64,000 nucleotides of DNA from assembly GCA_964016885.1 (NCBI GenBank), contig OZ024740.1, forward strand, positions 40,858,001-40,922,000. The letters run 5' to 3'. Position 1 is the stretch's first letter. Each line of letters begins with the position of its first letter. The notes under the pieces were generated by a model. It searched no databases and had not been told where the DNA came from. It was given only the letters and a program-made list of their open reading frames with translations. Source of the DNA: Eledone cirrhosa. Its lineage: Eukaryota. Of this stretch, positions 50,592 through 63,325 are shown in pieces. The translations under genes were made by a program, and so were the position numbers.

Positions 50592-52782
50592 TGTAGTGAC
50601 CTACATTCCGCGGGCTCACATACATTCTCTGTGCGTGATTTGGCTCAGTGCCAGTAGAAGAGGATGTATCCCTACGCGCCCTGAGGGAGAAAATCTCCGC
50701 GAAGATTTGAAGAATCTCTCTCTCGCACCCGGAACTTCGAACCAGCAACACGTACAACATGTGACGGTGAGATTTTGCACTTTGGCCTGCCGGCTTTCCG
50801 GCACAATGGCACATTCCCTTTTGTAACCTCATTTTATGTGTAACTTCAACCATACAAGTTAACAAACATTATTTGTGCTACAACAAAAATAAACATACAT
50901 TTCATCTCTAATTTCTGCTGTTGACGTCATTATTATGTTACTCGTGTCTCAATAACATTTATACACCATGCTGCTAAAAGTGGTGAACCCGACGTGATGA
51001 ATATTTTCAGTTCAAAATATTCCTTTTGAAATAAAATTAAAATTGGCAGTGTATGTATAAAAAAAAAAAAAAAAAATTTACGCCACGAGGAAATTTCAAA
51101 ACGGCTACCACCAAGTACCAGCCATCAGCAGCAACACATGGCTAACTATTAACCAACACCAGGGAATGGCTTGTAACTTTACCGACGCAACCACCATACC
51201 TTCTGTCTTGTTACCACAAGGACTCGAGAAATTAAGACATTAGTCTTCTCACCACTATGGCGTCAGACGTGGCTGCCATATTGGTGACTCTAGGTTCTTC
51301 AACGCTCGACTTCGACTCTACAGAAGATTCATTGTGACTTTGCTTTAACAACAACAACTCTACTAGCTCCCTAGTAAGAGCGATTCCAAAGAAATTTCAA
51401 AGAAAAGAAAAGCGAACTTCTTGTTAAAAGAAAAGAAACAATCCTTTCTTTCTTCCTTTTTTTTTCAGGCATTTATTTTGGACATTTATTTTTTTAAAAC
51501 TGTATATATGGAAATTCATTTTTTTTCTATCATTGTATATATGACTGCATCATTTTCTTTATCATTGTATATATGACTGCACCCACACATTTATTTGCTG
51601 TTTTACATGCCTGCATATGCACACATTTCTTTGTCACCCACCAACATGTTCTTAGTATATGTTCTTCAAACGTAATATTCTGCGAGATCCCTTTTCACCT
51701 GGTTGAGGTGCCGTCACATGCTAGCGACTCATAGAGCTTAATTCACCTGGATTCAAACAGGCACCGCAACACGAGAATGCTAATTGCAGCTGAACTCAAA
51801 CAGTTTCGCATCTCGTTGCACACTCATCGTCCATAACAACCTCCATCTTGTTACCTTACCCGACTCACTGGGAAAACAACAAATAGAACTGGACTTGTCA
51901 GCATTTCCACCACTTCTGTGGATTCGCCGGAATTATGGAATTTACACTGCAACTACTGCCCACCTACAGATTCAACTTGCTTTTTTCTTTTCAAAGCAAC
52001 CAGCCATTTTTTCCTGGCTCCCTAGCACTTTCGGCAATACATCTGGGAGGCCGACATTTTCTCGCCTACTCATCATCTTCTTGCCAGCACTGGTAAACTA
52101 CCATAATAGCTTCATCCACAGCTACTGGTACAACACTTACTATTAACATTTAATGCAAGAACAGCAATTTCGCCCATGTCAGACTTTATCCGTTTTCTGT
52201 TAGACCTTTGGTGGTCACGTATAAACTACAAAACAGCTAGTCATTTGACACAGCGGCTCAACATGGCCCTTAGCGCCTCATTTTTTTTATTGCATGCATC
52301 CTTCTGCTCAATTATTTTTTCACTGATGTGCTCTTTCAGCATTTTTTCTTGCTGATTCAATAATCTGTATCGTCTTCCGTCTAGAGGGGGAGTATTGTAG
52401 TGACCTACATTCCGCGGGCTCACATACATTCTCTGTGCGTGATTTGGCTCAGCACCAGTAGAAGAGGATGTATCCCTACGCGCCCTGAGGGAGAAAATCC
52501 CCGCGAAGATTTGAAGAATCTCTCTCTCGCACCCGGAACTTCGAACCAGCAACACGTACAACATGTGACGGTGAGATTTTGCACTTTGGCCTGCTGGCTT
52601 TCCGGCACAATGGCACATTCCCTTTTGTAACCTCATTTTATGTGTAACTTCAACCATACAAGTTAACAAACATTATTTGTGCTACAACAAAAATAAACAT
52701 ACATTTCATCTCTAATTTCTGCTGTTGACGTCATTATTATGTTACTCGTGTCTCAATAACATTTATACACCATGCTGCTAAA
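50592..52782 (+). mobile_element. Non-autonomous LTR retroelement (2.2 kb; TRIM/LARD-like) with tRNA-Trp PBS
   Basis: 387-bp LTRs 50592-50978 and 52396-52782 (TGTAG...CTAAA); PBS TGGTGAACCCGACGTGAT 50981-50998; PPT AGAGGGGGAGTA; TSD CTTT. The empty site is visible in the opposite palindrome arm at about 46110-46130. Confidence 0.92.
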
Positions 52783-53407
52783 CTTTAATATTGGCTATAA
52801 CACACACGCACTTTATTCTTCTTTGATATTGGGTATAACAAACATGCATTTTATTCTATTTTATTTATTTATTTATTTATTTTTTTACTTCTTCATTTTA
52901 TTGTATCTTATCTTATTATTTTATTATTTATTTTATTTTATTTTATTTTTTTATATTTTATTTCTTCATTTTACTTTATCTTATTTCATTATCTGTTTGC
53001 CCCCCCTCCCCGACCACCACCACGTGAAAGGGTGGTAGGATTGATGCCAACCCACATACACTCATTCTTCTAAAGACAGCAGCAGTAGAACTAAGGCTGA
53101 CTTGCCAGCTGACCCCCTAATACCAATAAACACAAGGGAGGAGGGCAGCTGTACTTAACAAAAACAACCACAACAGATTGTCTTGCCTCAGAAAATAATT
53201 TCTATAGACTTTTGACTGAGGAATATTTTCACAACTGACCAATGGGAGGAGAGAGTGTCCTATGATGCCGAAATTCGTTTGTTCGAATTCATATGATTCC
53301 AGTTCCTCTGAGAAATAACAACCCAACCAGGAGCTGGACATATCGGAGTATTGACAGAGTAAAACACTTTAACAACATGTGTACCTGTCTCTACCACACC
53401 AATTCGG

Positions 53408-53462
53408 ACTGCCTGAAGAGGTCACAGCTAATGATGGCTGTCACCGAAATATATATAGCAGT
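53408..53462 (+). ncRNA. Type I hammerhead ribozyme (Penelope pLTR)
   Basis: ACTGC-CTGAAGA-GGTCACAGC(taatgatg)GCTGTCACC-GAAA-TATATA-TA-GCAGT; complete catalytic core. Confidence 0.87.
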
Positions 53463-53633
53463 ACATCTTTAATAAACGAAGCCAAATTTTAAATATTTGA
53501 CTTAATTACTTTATTTTACATTACTCCGGAGTAACCAAACCAACCTGCGTACTTTGTCGAGTGTTCCAATCTGCATACTGAGGTGTCGGTAAACAACTAA
53601 GATATACTCAAAATATATATATATATATATATA

Positions 53634-53677
<44 letters not shown>

Positions 53678-53990
53678 ATATATATATATATATATAGGGC
53701 TTAGTGGTTAGAGCATTGGCCTTGCAATCAAAAGGTTATGAGTTCAATTCTCAGACCGGGTGATGTGTTGTTTCCTTGAGCAAGACACTTTATTTCACAT
53801 TGCTCCAGTTTACTTAGCTGTAGAAATGAGATGAAAGGACTGGGGTCCCTATCATTCCACTGCAAAGTGGTCGTGGAGGTGCCATGGCAAAAAAGCAACC
53901 AGCACTCACTGTAAATGAGGTTGGTGTTAGGAAGGGCATCCAGCTGTAGAAATCAAGCCAGAATCAGTTCCCGTCCCACCCTTGCAAGCA

Positions 53991-55320
53991 TCCTGTGAGG
54001 AAGCGGATAAAATATACACGACATTCTCCAGCATGGACGCCAGTATAAAGTTCGGCATGGAACACCCCGATGACCGCGGATCCTTATCCCTACTGGACTT
54101 CCAACTCAGGGTAACAGAGGAAGGGACATCCACACCTGCTTCTATAAAAAAGCCGCCAACAGGGACCTGTTCGTACATTTCAGATCGGCCTTCTCAGCCG
54201 GCGCTAAGTTCGGATACATAAGGAACGAACTAACACGTATCCGGAACAAATGCACCGACGCAAGAGACCGAGACACACACACCACACATTTCCTGGAAGT
54301 ACTTAAACTGAACGGATACCCGACGTCCACCGTGAAGCGTGCCAGAAACAACAGAGGACACCACACCCGAGGCACTAACACCTGCTCCCACAGTTCAGTG
54401 ACGAAACAACAACAGCCATCCGCAGAGCTATCAGACGTGAGAGACTAGATATCCAACTAGCTCACTTAGGACCTTCTCTACGCGGACAGCTAACCAAAAG
54501 ACACTCCACCAGACATGACAGCCGCTGCAGGCTAGCCAACTGCCCGATCGACAACACACACCTATGCCACCAGGCTTACGTCGTATACAGATTAGAGTGC
54601 GACAAATGCAGCAATTTCTACGTAGGTAACACCACCAGACCACTTCACATTAGAATAAAAGAACACCTCAACACTAATGCTTCCTCATTTAAGAAACACC
54701 TAGTGAAATGCAAAAAGGCCGACAAAAACATAATAGTTAGGGCAGCAGCTAAGGGAAGAAACCTCGGTAATCTTAGAATTAAAGAAGCACTTATTATAGA
54801 CAAAACGCAACCACCAATTAATAATAGACTAGAACTCAACACCCAATTTTTAACATTATAGAGCACCTAGCCCCACACTTACACCCCTTCCCCCTCTCAC
54901 ACACGCGCTTACACCTCCAAATATTCTCTCTCACACACACATACAAAGACCAGTCTTAACATGATAGAGCATCTAGCCCCCACATTTACATATAGACATA
55001 TCTTCTCACACTCACACACACGCATACTTACACCTTCACGTATTCTCCCACACACACTTAAACATACTTGTACAAAACCTCTTTTAAAGAGAGACAACTC
55101 TTTATCCACCTAACCTTCACTCTTTGACATTAGAGATAGAATGGAATCTCTATACCATTTCCTGTCAGCATGACTTGGCAAGCTATTTAGAACACTGACT
55201 CGAAAATTAAGGATATTTAAATAAATTTAAGGTAAAAGACTAATTGTCAACAATATATTTTGCATTTGCATTTATATTCTATATCCATACCTGCATTGTC
55301 TTGGCCTTCCAGCTCCAAAC
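53991..55320 (+). mobile_element. Second Penelope-like family, 5'-truncated and decayed (RT thumb + GIY-YIG + pLTR)
   Basis: IKFGMEHPDDRGSLSLLDFQL, LKLNGYP, VVY..CDKCSNFYVGNTTRPLHIRIKEH...RIKEALII....PPIN; right boundary approximate. Confidence 0.8.
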
Positions 55321-55974
55321 GTTTATATATATATATATTTATTTATATATAGATAGAGAGAGAGAGATGATATAGGGGCAGGTGTCACAAGGTGGGACAT
55401 GTCTGGCTTTCCCTCCTGGCACAGGTTGGATGATGGTGAGGGGATACATTCATGTTTGTATGTTGACATGAGTAAGTGGGGAGATGAAGGTGGGGGCTGC
55501 CTTTCCATACTGGAATAATTGTTTCTACTGTTGGCCAATTTGAAGGGAAGGGGAAAGTTAATTAAATAATCAACCCTAGTGCGTTACTGGTACTTTATTT
55601 TATTGACCCTGTAAAGATGAAAGACAAAGCTAACCTCAGCTGAATTTGAACTAATGCTTGTTGTTTGATGCTCTATTGATTCTGCTAATCCCCCACCCAT
55701 TTCCCTGATAATAATAATAATAATTGTTTCTACTTTTGGCACAAGGCCAGCAATTACCCAGTGCATTACTGGTACTTTATTTTATCGACACCGTAAAGAT
55801 GAAAGGCAAAGTTAACCTCGGAATAACAACAATAATAATAATATGAAGAAAAAATGTTGGTGAGTTTACTCAACAATAATGAACAACTCATATTTAGCTT
55901 TCTTTTCCCTTAATCCAGACTGAATCCATTTCTATAAAGATTTAGATTAATTTCAAGTGTGTTACACCACTCAC

Positions 55975-56069
55975 CTTAGTCCAATAATTTCAAAGGTGCC
56001 AGTGTACATGCGAGCCATTAACATAGCTAAATCATTGGCTTCAGAACCACTGTTTGTAAAATATACAAC
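55975..56069 (-). CDS. AGXT2: AGXT2 coding exon (95 nt)
   Basis: [31 protein letters not shown](R); NSGSEAN motif; CAG/GTGAGT. Confidence 0.96.
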
Positions 56070-56940
56070 CTGAAATAACAAGGTAAACATTTCAAAGATG
56101 GTTTGATATATCAGAACTGAATTAAAAAAACTGTAACATCATCATCATCATAATCATTTTACGTCCGCTTTTCCCTGCTTGCAAATAACGATGAACTAGT
56201 TGCTGTGATTGTTATTAAATTTAATTTAAACTTTTCATTACCATATTTCTAATGAATGACACTGCCTATGTCTTTAACCCTTTTATTACCATATTTCTAA
56301 TGAATTGATACTGCCTATATCTTTAATTATTTCATCACCATATTTCTAATGAATCACAGTGCCTATAATTTTCAAATAACTTTGAAAATAATTAAGAATT
56401 TGGGGAGATTTAGTAATATAACTTCCTTCTTATCATGTAAGCTTTTTAGATAAATGTAAACAATTAAAAATAGAGCTTTGTATCATAGAATGACGGAAAT
56501 TTTAGGCACTTTGGTAAAGGGTTACAGTTATAGTCCAGTATTGTTTGAAAGTACTTTTGGTATACATTTCTACAAGCTGTCTACTTTAGTTTAGTTTCTA
56601 AATAGATTTCTTATTGACTCACTCACACATTTCTGCTCTTCAAGTGAAGACTAATAAAACATTTCTTGATAGTTTCACTCTCAACATCCTGTATCACATG
56701 AAACCACATCAGCAAGATAAACTACAAAAACGAACTCTGACTGCATCACATTAAAAACAAGTCTTTATCTCTAATACTGTTATTTTTCACAATAGTTTTC
56801 TGTCCACTAGTAAAGATACTATAAACATTCCAAACAACAAACTCATGTTTAGTATTTCATACTAAATTGGGAAATGATGTTAAGAATTAAGAACTGTTTA
56901 TATTATATAAAGATGATGAAATTTCCACTCATTATGCACG

Positions 56941-57180
56941 AATGACCCAACCCACACCAGTATGGGCAAATGACTTAACCCACACCAGTGTGGACAAATG
57001 ACTTAACCCACACCAGTATGAGCAAATGACCCAACCCACACCAGTATCAACAAATGACCCAACCCACACCAGTATGGACAAATGACTTAACCCACACCAG
57101 TATGGGCAAATGACTTAACCCACACCAGTATGGACAAATGACTTAACCCACACCAGTATGGACAAAAGACCCATCCACTA
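56941..57180. repeat. 28-bp minisatellite, about 8.5 copies
   Basis: Unit AATGAC(CC/TT)AACCCACACCAGTATGG(G/A)CA. Confidence 0.92.
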
Positions 57181-57975
57181 GTATAAGCACTGTGATAGAG
57201 ATGACACAGGACTGAGTTGATTGGTGATATGCAATATTACAAAAGACCCGTCCACCAATACAAGCACTGTAACAGAGATGACACAGGACTGAGCTTACTG
57301 GTGATATGACATAATACAAAATACACATCCACCAGTACAAGAACTGTGACACAAAGAGTAAACAAGGTGACAGACTGGAGACTATAGAGTTTGCCAATAG
57401 AAATGGAACATAAATATTATAGGATTGAAGAGGACAGGACTCTCCAGTTTGGCTTAGCATGTGGTACCACAATAAAATGCATCCTGTAAAGTATTAGTGT
57501 TGGTACCATGATAAAATGCACACAGTCTACTTGATAAAGTGGTAGTGTTAGTGTCACAAAAAACACACATGTATTGGTGTCACAAAAAATGCACCCAGCA
57601 CACTATAAGGTGGCTGGTATTAGAAAGAGCATCCAACTGTAAAAACCACACCAAATATGGACTGTACCAAGCAAGGTTGGTCCCTTCAACTCATCTGGTC
57701 TTGGACTGTGACAGCCTATCCAACCCATGTCTGTGAGGTAAGGGGACATAAAATGATGATGATGTGAGCTGGTAAACAAAGGATAGAAGTTGATGTGTCT
57801 TGAATGAATATGGTCTTCAAAACAGTAAAATAGCGGCATCTAAATATAATGATTAGGGTTTGGATTTTTGCTCATTTCTCAGACATAAAATAGGGAGTTG
57901 GCTTATATTTATGTACATACGGTAATTGAAACAAGGGAGATAAAAGGTAGAAATATTACAGAAGAGTTACTCTAC

Positions 57976-58099
57976 CTTCAGATCACCAGGTAATTTGGCC
58001 ACTAGTTCACGAGCATATTCATGTAATGTAGGATGCATATAGATATTTGTGGTGTGCCAAAGGTTGTGTAGTTGTTTCTCAGTAGCTTCTACAACAGCT
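57976..58099 (-). CDS. AGXT2: AGXT2 coding exon (124 nt)
   Basis: (P)AVVEATEKQLHNLWHTTNIYMHPTLHEYARELVAKLPGDLK; CAG/GT; phase 2-0. Confidence 0.95.
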
Positions 58100-58849
58100 C
58101 TGCAATGCGGAGAAAAAAAATCTTCAGACATTTAGATTTTAGACTAATCATGTTGGAATAATTGCATAAAAGAAGATCTGCCAAGAAAGCGATTGGCATA
58201 GGAGGATGCTTTGGAAAAGGATAGATGGAGAGAACATATCAATTTAAAAAGGCCATGACCCATCAACATCAATGGATAAAGTGGATGACGATGAGACAAA
58301 TAACTGCCGTAATTCTTTTTATTTTAAGTAATAAAAATATATAGATTAGTTTTATTGAGGAGAATAAAATGAAATTCCATCAGAGACAACATTGTTTTTC
58401 CATTGAAATTTCAAATGTTTTAGATACAAAAATCCAAGTTTCATACCAAATCATATCAAATTTCAGCAGCTAAAAAATTTGACCTATTTTCATAAAAGAT
58501 GTCCTATTTTCAGTGATGTATAAAAGATGTCCTATTTTGAAGGGTTTCCTTATATAACCACCATATCATAAAATTTGAGAAACTGATACATTGCATGTAT
58601 ATTTTATCTAATATTTTTTAATCAAATTTGGAATATATTTCTAATTTATTTGATTTTGTAAAATTTTTATACATTTTAATTTATTTAAAAATAAGTTGCC
58701 AAAGTATAAAATTGCTTTCATTTAAATTCAGGTTTAATCATAAATATAGTAAAATATGTATTACATTTTCTGTCATTTATTTATTTTTATACCCCAATCT
58801 CCTACCAATACCACCATCGTCTGACATACTAGGCATCCTAATGTTCTAT

Positions 58850-59233
58850 TGAGGTAATGCTGGTGCTGCAATAAAAAGCACACAGTCCACACTGTAATGA
58901 GGTCGTCCTGGAAGCATGCTAAAAAGCACCCAGTTTAGTCTGTAATAATGTAGTGTTGGTGCCACGATAAAAAGTACCCAGCACACCATGTAATGTGGTA
59001 GAACTGTTGTTATGATAAAGAACACCCAAGTACTGTAAAAAGGTAGTGCTGGTGCCACAATAAAGAGGACCCAGTCCCCTCTGTAATGAGGTAGTACTGG
59101 TGCCATGATAAAAAGCATCCAGTGCACCCTGGAAAGTGGTAGTGTTATTGCTATGATAAAAAACACCCAGTTCACTCTGGAAAGTGGTAGTACTGGTACC
59201 ACGATAAAAAAAAAAAAAAAAAATTCACTCTGT
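58850..59233. repeat. Diverged ~41-bp tandem array related to the RTE/SINE 3' UTR unit
   Basis: Units of GGTAGTGCTGGTGCCACGATAAAAAGCACCCAGTNCACNCTGTAA resemble the AAAAAACACACAGTCCACGCTGTAATGTGG unit of the LINE 3' UTR. Confidence 0.7.
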
Positions 59234-59839
59234 AATCATCATCATCATCATCATCATCATCACCGTTTTACGTCCGTTCTTCCATGCTAGCATGGGTTAG
59301 ACGGGTTGTCCTGTTGTGGGCAGTGTCTGGTCGGCTAACCATGCCTTGCTCATTTTGGCTTGATTTCTACAGCTGGATGCCCTTCCTAACACCAACTTCA
59401 TTTACAGTGAGTGCTGGGTGCTTTTTTCCGTGGCGCCTACACGTCCACTTTACAGTGTGGGCCGGGTGCTTTTTGCCGTGGCACCTCCATGACCACTTTG
59501 CAGTGGGAGGGTGTGGGGGCATATTGTCTATATGCTTCAGCTTGTACCCATGGGAGGTCGGGTACTCTGGTACTCTGTATTACTGCGATGTGGTTGGCAT
59601 TAGGAAACCATAGCCATAGAAAACCAAGCCCAAAACAGAATGTATGAGCATGATGTGGTCATCTGACCAGTCTAGCCTTTATAATGTGATAACCTGTCTA
59701 AACCATGCAAGCATAGACAATAGACATATAATGATGATAGTGATGATAATGATGATGATGAGTACTTTCTTTATCAAATTTTGAATACATTTGTAATATT
59801 AATTACTTTTTCTGTGAGTAAAACGTGTTAACTACTTAC

Positions 59840-60024
59840 GGATGACAGTGTCCAACACTAACTGTGACAATACCACCAAAGAGATCTAAATATCGTTTGC
59901 CATTTGTGTCCCAAAGCCATTGCATGTATCCTTTGTAAATAAACACTGGATTTTTGTAAAATGTGAATAATGCTGGGTTGATATTGAATTGTCGCACCTT
60001 TTTAGCTGCTTCAGCGGATATACC
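59840..60024 (-). CDS. AGXT2: AGXT2 coding exon (185 nt)
   Basis: GISAEAAKKVRQFNINPALFTFYKNPVFIYKGYMQWLWDTNGKRYLDLFGGIVTVSVGHCH(P); TAG/GTAAGT. Confidence 0.96.
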
Positions 60025-61757
60025 CTACAAAAGAGATAACTTTACTAGAATACACCAGAAAATCATGTCAGTTAAGTTTTATTATATTAGTCAATAACTA
60101 CAATATCTAACACTAGAACATTACAACATTAATAGTTTGAGTGTCAAGTTAGTAGCAAGAGAGTTTAAGTCTTTTACTAACAACCTGGTCAAAACCACCT
60201 CTGCTTCTATGAAACAAAACAACCCATTTTAATGGATTCATATTTAAATTAAAATCTTCCAATATAATGTTAGAACTGTGTGTTAAATTACTATCTTAGT
60301 AATGAAATATTTAATATTTTTAGTAAATTCCTTAAAGTTATTCATTAATTAATTTAAATAGAGAGTATTTCATTGGAAATATGGTTATTAAATGGTTAAT
60401 CAATATACTGTTCACCTAACTATCACGAACAGACCTTAGAGCTACTAAGAAATCTACCAATGTTATACCATTCACCTAACTTTAGTGAACAGACTTTAGA
60501 GTTACCAAGATACTTAACAGATATACTGTTCACCTAAATGTAGTGAACAAGCCTTTGAACTACTAAGAAATCTACCAGTGATATACTAGTACTCCATTCA
60601 GAGAAAGATTTGACTGCTCTCACTCTCATTACAGAAACTATAGTTAGAAACTGGTCCTATAGAGTCTTGGCGAAACAATTAATTGATCTTATGAGAGACT
60701 ATATAGCTTGTAAAATATTGCCTTTACAGAAGATGGTGCATAAATGAGATGAGACAGAATTTTACATAAAATAATTAGGGGAATAATTTCTTCTGATACT
60801 GAGTTAGTAGATATCCAATTATTGGAAATTTAAGTCCTCGTTAAATTATTGGAGTTATCCATTTAGCATTTACATTACTCTATAATTACTATTGTAGTTT
60901 TGTAGAAAAGGCTGTACTTCATATAATTATCTCACATAATATTGAATCTATGAGATTTTGATGTTATTTATTTTGAGAATAATACCTTAACATCAGTATG
61001 AGCGGCTAGTTACTGCCGGTTTGAACAGAAAGAGGTGAGAGAGTTCTGACCGGATACGGCTGGTTTAAATGCTAAAGGGCTAAACAATCAAATTTTATTA
61101 ATTTTGAAATGAGGTTTTGTTTGTGAAATACACTTAATTACAACAGAAGAGATATTAATAAGATGTAGAAAGAAAAATATATTAAATAAGCAAAAAGAGC
61201 CAAAAACAAATATATGGATCTATTGTTGACTTGACATATGAAGATTCCAATTGGGTATTTGACTGTCAATTGTAAGGCCATGAGTTTGATTCCTGGCAGC
61301 CCGTTGTGTTCTTGAGCAAGACACTTTATTTCATGTTGCTTCAGTCAACTCAGCTGGCAAAAATGAGTTGTACTTGTAATTCGAAAGGCCAGCCTTGTCA
61401 CATTTTGTGCCATGCTGAATCTCCCCGAGAACTACATTAAGGGTACACATTTCTATGGAATGCTCAGCCACTTTCATGTTAACTTCACAAGCAAGCTTTT
61501 CTGTTGACTGTATCAACTAAAACACTTATCATCATAACTGATGGAGTGCCAACATTCTTTTATAGTATTCCAGACTTGTGTCTTGAATGTAACCTCTACA
61601 TTTAGGGAGCTTTTTAATGCTCCTTCCCTCTATGTTGACAATAATTTAACTGTTGTGAGTCAATACAAGGGAATATTTGTAGGAAAGAATGTAGAGTGTA
61701 AGGGCAAAGTAAATGGACTTCCCTTTGAATTATTTCCCCAATCAATGAATTACAAAC

Positions 61758-61831
61758 CTTATATGGTTTTGGAATAAAATCACAGTTGGGCATCTGTACT
61801 CTGGCTTGAGTGACATTCTGAACTGGTTGGT
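61758..61831 (-). CDS. AGXT2: AGXT2 second coding exon (74 nt); exon 1 is outside the window
   Basis: QPVQNVTQARVQMPNCDFIPKPYK resembles AGXT2 'MPPCDFMPERY'; TTTCTTTCCAG acceptor and GT donor; phase 1-0 fits the next exon. Confidence 0.8.
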
Positions 61832-62976
61832 CTGGAAAGAAAGAAGTAATTCTGTTAAAATACAATAACATTTAAAACAATCATTCTCCTCAATCTGTTC
61901 TACCACTACTACATTGGTCTCTGCTCCTCTGAACTAACTAGTTTACAATAACATTTAAAACAAACACTCTCCTCACTACCTGTTCTAACACTGCTACAAT
62001 GGCCTCTACTTCACTGAACTAGCTACTAATACTTCACCTTCTTTCATATTAATCGATGGATCTGCATTGGTTCTCATGATCAGGGTTTCAGTTGTTTGGT
62101 CAACAGAACAGACTATACATAAAATTTATGTGCAAAGAACTGAGCATTTCATAAACACATATACTCTTAATGTAATTCCCTGAGAGATTCAGTATGGCAA
62201 TGGTGGCCTTTTGAATTACTGGAACAGTTCCAAACAGTTTCTGCCGATGCAATTTCACTCACAAGGTATGGGTTAACACATGGCTATGGTAAATGCCACT
62301 TGCCCAAGATGCCATGCAATGGGATCAAACCTGGGACCTAATGATTGTGAAGTGAACCATTCAGCTATACTATGTCTATACCTACCCCTAGAAGCCTCTG
62401 GTATATACATCTCTCCTCTTAGCAACCTTATTCTGACACTCCTTTAAAATAAATGCAGAAATGAACTGCAAAACCAAAATTCTAATATATTGTATAGAGT
62501 GACTTGGCTGTAAAGAGGATTTCATTAGTCAAACCAGTAACTTTGTGTGAAAGAGTTGGTGTACACAAACAACAGATAAAACCAGAACTAAAGAAAATCC
62601 CACTAAATGAACATTAAAAAAATTGCAGGAACAATAAATTCAAAATATTCCCTTTTTATAAATGTTCAAGGGATAATCCAAAGTACTGACTAGAAATGGA
62701 AAAATATTTCATAAAAAGATTCATTCCTTGACTTAGCCATAACATTTTTACTTAAAGTGATGTAAAACTATATATAGTGAACTTACAATTTAATTACATT
62801 TTTAATAACAACTAAATTTATATCTTGATAAGTCATGAGAACGATGAAAGGGCTAGATTCAAATTATAAATGTTTTATTGTTATATTTTTGACCCAATTG
62901 ATAAATATACTTTATTGATATTAAGCCATTTACATTACTCTATATTTACTATTATATTTTCACAGAAAAAACTTTA

Positions 62977-63325
<349 letters not shown>

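Larger units (their letters stand above)
45370..53612. mobile_element. Palindromic Penelope-like element (RT + GIY-YIG, possibly Naiad-like) inserted between (TA)n tracts
   Basis: Inverted arms 45370-47658 and 49155-53518 (the right arm is interrupted by an LTR element); central RT; two GIY-YIG C-termini; a hammerhead ribozyme in each arm. Confidence 0.9.

Noticed and set aside
55100-55220. Expected hammerhead in the pLTR of the second Penelope family
   Set aside because: A CGAAA and some stems are present but no CTGANGA core.
59235-59760. Head-to-head RTE/SINE tails resembling a double-tailed element (similar at about 15846-16310)
   Set aside because: Better explained by a younger minus-strand copy nested in an older plus-strand copy; CTCTGTAAT/CTCTGTATT flank the insert.
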